This document shows positions 12,201 through 24,200 of a DNA stretch of 64,000 bases, piece after piece; position 1 is the stretch's first letter; the number at the start of each line of letters is the position of its first letter. The stretch comes from Tubulanus polymorphus (taxonomy: Eukaryota; Animalia; Nemertea). The notes beneath the pieces are model-generated. The model was not told the origin of the DNA, made no database searches, and worked only from the letters and a program-made list of their open reading frames with translations. Location of the stretch: positions 21,303,101-21,367,100 of the forward strand of contig NC_134025.1 of the NCBI RefSeq assembly GCF_964204645.1. The letters run 5' to 3'. Position numbers and translations under genes: made by a program.

Positions 12201-15200
12201 ATGGCCCAAATTAGAAGGGATTAACTAGTGATGGTGTGAATTCAGCTTATAAGAATATGAATCCTAGATTATTTTGTCATGAACTGGATACATTTCAAGT
12301 AAATTTTGCAGAAGGTTTTGTCTGGGCTGTATAGTTATTATGGTCCATCATCAATTTGATTTTCGGCACTTTTCATTATCATCTCACAGACGTTGAATGA
12401 GACCTTTTCGTGTTTTGTATCGTTTAGGGGGAGAAGCCGATTCCCGAAGAGCGATTGGCGCGAGTTGTAGAATTAATCGAACCGTGGTTTATATTTTCCT
12501 TGCTCTGGTCGGTTGGGGCCACTTGCGATAACGACAGCCAGCACAAGTTCGACCAATGGTTACGCGAAAAGACCAAAGAATTCGGTGTAAGTTTGCAAAT
12601 AATCTGAAAGTCATCCTACATGAAATCATGTAGTTTGAGTGATTTCCTCAAAAACCCTATAAGTATGTGTTCAAGGGACGATGCTCTGGCTACAGCCACG
12701 TAGGCCTAGCTGTTCTTGTTAAAACATTAAGTATGCACCCACTAGAGCCACATGGTGCTCTAGCTCAGTACCATATACTTCTGCTCTACCATACAGTAGA
12801 ACTCACTTAATTCGGATGACTTGGGACTGGCCAGATTTCTCCAAATTAAATGAGATCCAAATTATGAATAAATAGTTAACATGGTTCCAGGTTAAATGTA
12901 CCAAATATTTCATCCGAATTGAATGAAAATCCGGATTGGAAAATCCAAATTAAGCGAGTTCTACTCGACTAGCTGTATCCTTCAAAGATTCAGCTAAAGA
13001 TTTTGAGAAAGGTGGATTTGGCCGACCGTGACACAGTACACCGTGGCTATAGTGAAACTTGAAAATCTCATGGTATCCAACTAGGGAATTTTGTTGTTAA
13101 ATGAAAAAATGATTTTTCTAGATAAGCCTAGTTTTCCCCGAGGAAGGATCGGTGTACGATTACATGCTAGATGATGGAGGTATCAGTCAACCGGGAAGTG
13201 ATGATGATGAGGAGGATGAAAACAAGGAGGAAAAACCTGTAAGTATTTGAGATCGAATCATCATTGTCATTTCTACCTGATATTGAAAACATTAGGTTTT
13301 TCATTCATGGTGTTGCTTGTTTTTTTTAGGTTTGTTGGGTTAATTGGATGGCAAATCTGCCTAAATTTGTCATTCCGCCTGAAACTAGATATTCTGATAT
13401 CATCGTTCCAACTATGGATACGGTCAGAATGACCAAGCTGATTCAAATGTTGTTGTCGAACAATAAAACTGTAAGTACCCTTTTGAACTTGCATTTTTTA
13501 TGCTATTGAAATGCCCTTTCGACAGGAAATATGCCCAATTTCAGGACGTTTTCCAGATCATTCGACAAAATTATGCCATTTTACCTATAGAAAGTGTCCC
13601 TTTCAGATTTTTTGTCCCCATGAATATTTGCATGTTCTTACCATGCGTACACAAAGCTCCCGCTCGGAATCAATTATATCCAGCGAGGAACTGGTGAACT
13701 TCACGATTTAGGGGAATAAAGGTTGCAAAAATTATGATTCTCTGTTTACAGGTTTTATCTATCGGACCTACTGGTACCGGTAAAACATTAGCGATATCCG
13801 ACATGCTGACGAAGGTTATGGCTAAGGAATACATTCCGGAGTTCATTTCGTTTTCGGCGAAGACAAGCGCCAACCAAACTCAGGATTTGATAGATGGTAA
13901 ACTTGACAAAAGGTAATTCGTACATACGTAAAAATAGAGAATATTACTCAGTCTAGGAAACCAATCCTGAAATTAAGATTATAAGATATCAACATCAACA
14001 CTGTTCTTTTTGGTATTTTACCAGACGTAAGGGTGTTTTCGGTCCTCCGCTTGGCAAGTATTTCATATTTTTTGTCGATGACTTGAACATGCCGGCGTTA
14101 GAAATTTACGGAGCGCAACCTCCGATTGAGTTGATACGTCAGTGGATGGACTTCAAGGGATGGTATGATCGTAAAATGATAGGTATGTACGAGTAGATAC
14201 AGTAGAGGTATTGTTAAATCCATACAGTAACTGGCAGCGCAAAGGATGTACAAATTTCACCTATTAGAGTCAAACTAACCTAACACTGTAGAACTAATTT
14301 TTTCGGAAAATGAAATATTCTCAGATCTGAGAAAAAATATTCATACCAAATCAGGGGCAGTGCTAGGAAAATTGGAAGGCTGGGGTCCAGGAGAATAAAA
14401 ATGCATTTCTTGGATAAAGCAGCCAAGTCAAAGGCCTCTATTGGGGTTTTCGCGTGGTTCTGCCCTCGGTTTTAGATATTTGTGAAGAAATACATCCGGA
14501 AGGTTGCAATTTCCGTGAGGATGAGCGCCAAAGACTGCCATTTGATTGTACATATTGGTCCCTGATTTGATAGTTTAAATTCAATGTTTTGTTCCATATC
14601 AAAAAATTAATTGAACTGCCGGAGCAAGTTTTAATAAGCTAATTACCCAATTAATTGCTCTGATTAATTTGTCTATTGCCGAGCTCTGAGTTGAGAATCA
14701 TAGCTAATTGGGTAGTCATCAATTGAGGTAATTAGTGACAAGTTGTCAGATGAAGAGATACCCCTGGCCAAACAGACACTGTGTCACTTGTCAAACTAAT
14801 AGCTATAAAATCTAGGCACGATTTCCAACCAGTATCAAATTGATTCACAGCAACTGAGAACAAACAACATGGATTACGAAACTGCCGTTGAAAGCTTCTT
14901 CGAAATCGAAAAACGCTTTCGAGCTGCGTGCTCGAAAATCATCGTCATCGACGAGAAACTATCGCGCCTCGACATTCAACTGAACAGAGCCGAGAACGAC
15001 GTTCACTGTCCGCGTTCAAACCTCATCAATCGCAAAATACAGATCTCGACGCTCGAAGGAGTACGGTTCGTCTATTATGAATACGCGCGCAGAAAAGCAG
15101 CCGAAATGAACAAACTTCGAGAGATTTGTTTTATCGCCGAGCAACGACAACAACAGCAGATGTCTCTGGATGAAGATTATTGATTATTTCAGCAGCAGCA

Positions 15201-18200
15201 GTCGTCACTGGATGCAGATTATTGATCATTTCAACAGAAGGTCCTTTTCAGGACCCCCTAAAACTACCAGTTAGACCCAGTCTACACTTACTCTGCTTAA
15301 ACCAATATTTGTGTCAAATTTATTCACCAGACATCCTTTCTGAAGGAATATGCTTGTATTGAACTATTGTAGAAAACCTCAATGAACTCTTTAATACCGA
15401 CAAATAATCTTTTGAACTAATTGATTTTAAGCCCCCTTGGTGGAAGGCCATTCGGGCTTATACCGCACCCCTGGGTCTTAGTGGTGGTCTGGCGTGCATC
15501 CGTCCATGCGTGAGGTATCTTGTGAACACTACAGACCACAATTTTTGACCCATCCGAATTCGGATGTATTGTGTATGACCAAAAACATCTCGGATCAGTT
15601 CAATTTCGATATTTGTGGTAATCAGATCCAAGATTGCTGACTGGTGTTAATCTTTGATTCTGAAAATATACATTTTGGATGACCTATCATATGACCAGAC
15701 TAGGTCATGATATCATCCAAGATGGCCGATTGTGACTTCACTTAGCACCTGACCAAGCAGGCTTAGATACATTCACATCTAGTTGTGAATTAGCTGGGTG
15801 AAAAAAAATACGTAGACTGAAAAATACGTATATCAAAGCTGGGATTGTTGCACATTAGTTGTGATATTCAGAGAGTGGACGGTTAACATCTTTCAAGAGA
15901 TAACTCATTACAGATATCTCATCGATATTTCTTGAAATTTGTAGGTGAATTCCGTCATCTGGTTGATGTGAATTTCATTTGCGCCATGGGACCACCGGGT
16001 GGTGGTAGGAACCCAGTAACATCTCGATTGACGCGACATTTCAACTATCTGGCATTCACCGAAATGGAAGATCACAGCAAGAAAAGAATCTTTGGAACAA
16101 TTCTTGACTGGTGGATAGGTAGGTAACTGGTCCAAAAATGGCCTTACAATACAAGCCTGGAAGAATTTGTTCGATTGAATAGCGAAAAGAGCTATAACCT
16201 ACCCTTCTCAAATCTAAATCTAGTTCACAAATTTTCAACCAATTTAAACATTATTTACAGTTGATATGTAGCTACGTAAAAAATGATACATCGATTATTG
16301 TGTAATGTGTTTGTTTTTTTAACGACCAGTTTCAAAGCGCTCCTATCAAGTGGCTGAAGGTGAAAAATCACTAATTTGCATGAATGATTTCTGTGATTTA
16401 CTTAGTACTTTTTACTCAATCACTTTCATGCATGCAGAAGTTGTTGCTTAACCATTATGTCACAGATCGTCATTTTATAACCAAAAAAAGCAACCTTATC
16501 TACTATAGCAATTTCAATTGTAAGATGGCCTTATTATCATCAGATAATCAATAAGTAGCATTCTAAATGTCACTTGTGTAGTTCAGGTATCCCTGAAAAT
16601 GGTACAGTGTTCCCAACGTTCAAATGCACCCAACACCTGTATTATTACAGTAATTTATCCCCAGCCTATATCTTTGAGTATGACTGGAGAAGTGGCATCC
16701 AAGCTACATACCCAGTACAGTACAGTGCAGTACACCAGTAGTTGCTTTTCACCAGATGCCCAATTACTCCTCAGTAGGGCATCAAGGATACTACATTGCT
16801 GTACCCCCATTATCTGACATCCCAGGTTCAAATTCTCTGACCAAACATAAATCATTATTTGCCATAATCGAATTATACCACATATTCATCCTTATGTTCA
16901 TGTTTAAATTTTCACGCTCTTTTTCCCGAGATGCATTTGAAACACATGTATTAGATTGCTAATTGAAAAAATTCTTCAATTTCTGATTTTCAGAAACTGC
17001 AAAAAATATCAAGGAATACAGCAGCCAGCTTGTGGAAACGTGTGCAACTGTATACAACTCCATTACAACTCAACTACTGCCCACTCCAGCGAAGAGCCAT
17101 TACACTTTCAACTTGAGAGATCTGTCAAAGATCTTCCAGGGAATCTTGATGGCTGATCCTTCAAAAATGGAGGTAAGACATCCACTAATTTTGAGGCCAA
17201 TTGCTCAAAAGCTAATTGAATTCTTGATGAGTGGTTTGAAATTCTAGAAGCTAATCAGCAGTCCGCTGACTTAGGATTTGCAGAACCCTGATTTTCAGAT
17301 TGAATAGTGCCCGGAAATTAATGGCTGCCCCTGATTGAGCTGTCATTCATGGTTATCGTAACATTGATTGAATATTGAACCTGAATGTGTGTCCATCTTA
17401 TGTCCCTGGGCCTGACCCACAACTGATACTTTGGGACTGTGGAGACTATGCTCTTGAATGAGATCGGACCCTATGGTAGAAAATATACGAAGTTTGTTTC
17501 TACATGTGTACTTAAACTATTTCCTTCTTGTATCAGAGTTTTCGCATTCATCCAACTTGGCAACTCTTAATGCTGTAAGGGAGTGAAACAAGTCTTAGAT
17601 ATTGAAATAGGAAATCAGTATGTAGAAGATCGAATTAGCAGAATTTCTTGGCCAACCCTTGGATTAATACAACTTTTCTTTATTGAACAACCGCTTCGCT
17701 GAGCCTAAAATTCACACGATTTGAATCTCAAGTTTTTACTGAGGAACCACACCTTAGTACCCATGTTTATACATGTACATTGTAGTCTATCATGCTACTT
17801 GTTTATGTACCTCAAGGCACTAAATTTTCCACTCTTTTCAGACTTTGAATGATCTGCTGAGACTCTGGTACCACGAAAGTTGTCGAGTGTTCCAGGATCG
17901 TCTGGTCAACGAGGAGGATAGACAGTGGTTTCACGAGCTGTTGAAAGACCGAATGAAACAAGACTTCCAAGTCGAATACGAGAATGTCGCGACACTGGAA
18001 CCGGTGTTGTACGGAGACTTCATGCAAGTCAGTGTGGATAACAAAGTCTATATGGAAATCACGGATCACACTCAGGTATTTGTATGAAAATGTGTGAAAT
18101 TCATGCGGTGATATAATTCTGCAGCCCGGACCTACCCTTAAAAGCCTAGCGCATATAGAAAGAAATAAATGAATTGGAAACGCCACATATTGACACTACA

Positions 18201-21200
18201 TTTTCAAAAATTGTCAAGACTTCACACTAGAATAATGTCTTCTGAAGACATGGGTGGTTCCAGGCTGCAGATTGCGCCGATGAATCGTTATCATAGACTC
18301 GTTTTTGCATGAAAATAACATTAACTACACAGTGAAACTGAAATGCCTAAAATTTATGTAATAGATTTCAAATATTTCTTTCAGAAATTCATAGGCTTGA
18401 TGCATATGATTTACTTTATTTCATTTTAGATGGTGAAAGTGATCGAAGATTATTTGGATGACTATAACCAAGTGAACACGGCTCAGATGAGATTAGTGTT
18501 GTTTATGGACGCGGTGAAACATGTTTGTCGCATCAGTCGAATTATACGTCAACCTCTCGGCAACGCGTTACTGTTAGGTATGGGTGGAAGCGGTCGACAA
18601 AGCTTGACGAAATTGGCTGCTTACATGTGAGTATAATGGTCTACGATGGTCGATCAGAATAATTTCATCACCAAGTTGAATGTGCCATCCCCCTTGCATG
18701 CATTGTAATACTGCCCCATGATGTGAAGAAACGAGGGGTGGATCCGAGAGGGATTTTCCATATTTTGTGATATGATGCCCTTCAAAATTTCAAAACTTGT
18801 TTCTTTGGTCATATTACCACCACCTCCACCACCACCACTAGATAGGTTCAGATGCACTCTGAATGCTATGAACTGTGCCGTTTAAAAATAATGCTTGTGT
18901 GAAGGGACCTAGTTCAGTGTTTGTGTTCATGTCACTTCTAGTGTTCCGAGATGACTCGGCCAAATATTGTCCTGGATTTGGTCCTAGCTTTGGATTTGCC
19001 CCTGCATCCTTGCCCTTGAGTGTTAAGAGTATTACTCATCCAGTTATAAGAACTGATTGACATCGGGATATGACATTAATCAGTCAAGAATTGTGTTTTA
19101 TTTACTTATTCCAAATAGAAGTGTCCACATTTGAATAAGGCAATGTTTTTCTGTAATCCAAAGGATGTTTTTGATAACAGTATGTTGTTTTGTTATAGGG
19201 CCGAGTATGATTTGTTCCAAGTTGAACTGGCTAAGAATTATGGAATTCCTGAATGGCGGGATGATTTGAAGACAGTTATGCTGCGTGCGGGCATGGAGAA
19301 TAAGCCGATGGTATTCCTATTCAGTGATACACAGGTACATCGTTTTAGAGAACTGTCAAGCTTTTATAAGCCCACTTGGGACTTTAGTCCCAGCAGGCTA
19401 TTGCGTTCACTTTTCGTCCGTCCGTAGACGGAATCCAGTTATTTTGGGAAGTTCTGAAGACGCTTCAATGTAATGTCTTGATATTTGGGTTACACATTTA
19501 TCTACCCTAGACACATCTTCAGCCCAAAAACTGGCCCTGTCAGAATCAAGATGGCCGACTGGCAGCGATTGTTGTTCGCCAAAATCAGCACTTTTTACAC
19601 TTTTTTTAACTTTTTGAGGGAAATTTTGAAGACGCTTTGATCAATTACCTTGATCTTTCATTTATATTTGATACCCCAAAGGACCCATCAGCTTAAGAAA
19701 AATTGGGTCGATTGAAGATGGCCGTCCTATGACCTTTTTAGTGCCCAAAAATGTCAATTTTGGCTGGAATTCTGGGTCCTGTAGCTTCCTACTGGTTTGC
19801 CATTTCTCATTGCAATTTGTGATGGGTATTCTTTGGAAAGGGATGTTTTATACCTGAGACAGGTATTCTTGATCAGCCAATTATGACGCAATTGGCGGCC
19901 ATCTTGGTGTCATCAGTACTCATTCATAGGTGGGAAAAGTTTTTCCACATTATATTGATACCTAAGCATATTGTGTTACTACAATCAATTGGAAAGTTGT
20001 AGCCCATGACGTGCTCTATGATTTTGGTGAGTTTCAAGGTCATTGGTTATTGTATATGGCCACCAGGGGCGTTGAATAATACAATAACTTAGTATTTCTA
20101 TATTATATTTGAACCTATGCATATTTTGTAACCACAATCAATTGCAAAGTTGTAGCTCATGACATCGTCTATGATTGTGGTAAGTTTTAAGGACATAAGT
20201 TATTCTGTAAGGTCACCAGGGGGCGTTGAATAATAGAATAACTTAGTATTTCCCTATTAGATTGGTACCTAGGCATATTTTGTTACCATGATCAATTGCA
20301 AAGTTGTAGTTCATGACATGTTCCATGATTGTGGTGAGTTTCAAGGTCATTGGGTTTAGCATATGGTCACCAGGGGACGTTGAATGGTAACGCAACTTAG
20401 TATTTCCGTATTAGATTGGTAACGAGGCATACTTTGTTATCACAATCAATTACAAGGTCATTGGTGGGTTTCAAGGTCATTGGTTTTTGTATATGGTCAC
20501 CAGGGGGCATTGAATATCGAAATTGTTAGATTGTTCAGCATTGAAAAACCACTTCCCAAGTGGGCATGGTGTCCCTGGACCCCTAGTTCGGAAATGGACT
20601 GACTGCTTCTAATAGAGTTAAGTTTGCTTGATAAAGATTTTTTCGCTGTTCTCTATTTGTTGTATACAAAAAGGCAATAATAAGCTAAAAGTATGGGTAT
20701 TGTCCCTGGATAGATTCCATTAAAAACATGTAAAAAAACAGACCCTTGTTCATATCCTTGTTCATACACCCACAATCATTCTATATTCCTTGAGTATATA
20801 CCGTAAGGTACATTAACATTGATTCACAGATTGATTCATGATATAGGCCTATGACAGAATACTCTGAAATAAGATGAGAATGATTTCTGAATTCATATGT
20901 GTGGTTGGTTTTCTGTATTCAGATTAAAAGTGAAAGTTTCCTGGAGGATTTGAACAATATTTTGAATTCCGGCGATGTACCAAACATCTACGCACTGGAC
21001 GAACTCGATCAACTTTACACGGCTATGAAGCCGATCGTTCAAGATATGGGCCTTCAACCTACGAAAACGAATCTGTTTTCGGCTTATACGAAACGAGTTC
21101 GTAGTAATCTGCATACAGTCATTGCAATGAGGTACATTTCTTCTCTCCACTAAATCTATCCTACTGCAGAAATATTTTGTTGCGCCGTGGGGACATATCC

Positions 21201-24200
21201 AAGATGTATACCAGTACATGTGTATCATTTATTCTGTGCCAGGTTTCCAAAGGGTTTAATGGTCCTTTTTGAATAGGTAGCTGCCTCCATATATACCACA
21301 ACAAATTGATTTTGTGTTACCTATTTGGAGGCAGCTATCCTTTCTCGAAGAGTCTTCAAGCAATAAACTTATTAATATGTCGTAACAACCCTGTAGATAA
21401 ATATGTCTCACCTGTTAGGCAAGATTACAAAATACCCGATACTCAAATGTTGTTGTGATCCGATTGTTTCAGTCCTATTGGAGAAGTATTTCGAGCTCGA
21501 TTGCGTCAGTTCCCGGCGCTAGTAAACTGTTGTACAATCGATTGGTTTAGTGAATGGCCTCAGGACGCGTTGCAATCGGTGGCTCTGCGTTTCCTCAACG
21601 ATATTCCTGATTTGGATACAACCGACGATGTCATGGATGGCCTGGTAAGTTTGAGACTTCCAAAAGAAAATGATTGCAGAATATTTTGATAATATGCCTA
21701 TGCCTAGTTTGATATTATTGTATTCAATTACTGGACAATTCTATAGAATGGTAACATGGTAGTATTTCACTTAATCAATGGGATATTTGCGAAATTAATC
21801 ACTTGACTGACCACAAGGTGGCAAGACACCGATAGTTAAAACCTGTTATTAATTGCATGTTATTTTAGTAGAACAAATTTTATCTTTTATACGAATTATA
21901 ATCTGTATCCTCTGTACCATTGCACTGTAGAGTAGTCATTAAAGTAATGTTAAACCTCTCCGTAAGAAACACCTCCACCGTGAACATTTTGCCCAGAACA
22001 ATAGTAAAGGCATTCTTTGTAGAGAGGTTTTACTGAGTTACAAATATAACAAATTGATTTGTGATTCTACCTTTCGAATTCGTCTATATATATACCATCA
22101 AATATGTCTTCAACAATGCTCATGAAATTTATTTGCTATTTATTTAGGTGAAAATGTGCCAAGAAATACATCAATCAGTTTTGCAAAATTCCCTGTCGTT
22201 CAAAGCCGAATTGTCCCGTCACGTCTACGTCACTCCGACCAGCTATCTGGAATTACTGGGCATATTCTCAAAGCTAATATCTATTAAGAAGACGGAACTG
22301 GCTACAGCGAACAAGAGAACAAAAACCGGTTTAGACAAGGTTGTTTATCAAATCCAACCTATGTTTTTTCTGCCCCTTTGTCATTGTCCCATGCAGGGAT
22401 TCTGATGGAATTATGAGACTGCCACAGTATGAAACCCTGCCTAATTTGACACTTGAGATGCTTAACTTTTCTTCGCATATAATGCATCATCAGCAATAAA
22501 CAACAGGAAAATCTACAACAGTAAACCAGTTACTGAGGCAGGGTTTTATGGAGTGGTAGATTCTCGATGCTATCAATTTGAATCCTTGCTTAGGGAGGAT
22601 ATAACTTTCTGTATATCGATCAAATTCAAATGCCATACTGCAGTATGAACCCATTGTCTTCGGTTATTAATTGTAGTTGCTCGCGACAGCAGAAGAAGTA
22701 ACAAAACTTCAAGAAGAACTAGAAACAATGAGTCCCCTTTTGGAAGAGGCGGTCAAAGAGTCGATCAGCACTATGGAGCAGATTTCTAAAGACACGGTAA
22801 GGAAAACATCATTTCGAAGAATTCATTATTACCACCCCTCTGAACCAAAGCATCAAAGCCATTTTAACTTGAAATTGGCAACACTTGTTTCTTTATTTAC
22901 ATTGAATGAATTATCTGACAACGCCATTTTCACATGACTGATATCCAGCCTCAGGCTTATGTATCAATTATAAACATATATCTGCTTGATTTTAGTTCTA
23001 AATTTTAATTAGTTAACCGAATGATCATGTCATCTAAAAACATATTTTTCTTTATTTCAGGTGGTTGCGGAACAAACGAAATCAATTGTTCAAAAACAGG
23101 AAGCTGAAGCCACGAAAAAAGCTGAAGAATCTCAAGCAATCGCAGATGACGCCCAGAGGGACCTCGATGAAGCTCTTCCTGCCTTGGTACGCTTATAAAT
23201 TATTACTTTAAAAACATTTGAATCATTTAGCTGTTTTTTGTATCTCATTATGCAGTTGACTGTGTCATTGAAGTTTACTGTGACTAATTCAGCTGGGGTA
23301 TTCAAATTATATTGATGGATGATCTAAACTGCTTTGTATTATTAAAAATTCATAGATACTATGGATGTACTTTTAGGATGCCGCTTTGGCTAGTTTGAAA
23401 TCTTTGAACAAGAATGATGTTATAGAAGTAAGGGCTATGCAACGTCCTCCAGATGGTGTAAGAATGGTCATTGAGGCAGTGTGTATTATGAAATCTGTAA
23501 AACCGAAGAAAGTTGCTGGTGACAAGGTATGTCATCCCCTTCTTTATTTCCATAGTTGAAGTTGATCAACTGTTACTAATGCAAAAATAGGCTTAGGTCA
23601 GCTTGTGATACCTGAACTGTGATATCCAGCCATTTGCCAGATCTGCAAACTAGAAAAAAAACTCTGATCCAATGGGTGTGTATTTTGACTAGAATTATGT
23701 TTATTACCGTTAAGGAGTGTTGCTAGTGCCAGTGCTTCAATTTGAGTTTGGAAGAGATGCATCACAAACCATACCTAAGCTTACACTCTTTAAAAGATTA
23801 CTGCAAAAAAAACTTGCTAATTATCGGTGAAATACATTCTTATATTTTCCTTTCTTACCGAGCCTAAAATGTTACATACTAATAAGCAGTAGGATACCTA
23901 TTCATATTTTCCCTTTTAGCCGGGTCAAAAAATTGATGATTACTGGGAAGTTGGAAAAGCTCTACTGCAAGATCCTGGTAAATTCTTGGAGAGTTTGTTC
24001 AAATATGATCGAGACAATATTCCCGACCAGGCGATACAAAAGATTCAACCATACATCGATAATGAAGCATTCCAGCCAGCTGCAATTGCAAAGGTAATTT
24101 CCTGAGTATCGGTGACCCCCTTGTATGGATAAACTGTTAACCTCGGTATAGTTTCCTGTGATAATGTGTATCAGCCGAACTGAGCCCTTCACATTTCAGG

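Noticed and set aside
18571-18606. AAA4 Walker A with Arg instead of Lys (GSGRQS)
   Set aside because: Known feature of single-headed inner-arm dyneins such as DNAH1/3/7, so not novel.
19945-20515. CRISPR-like regularly spaced repeats
   Set aside because: Whole 153-bp units are repeated with no unique spacers; eukaryotic intron with no cas genes.
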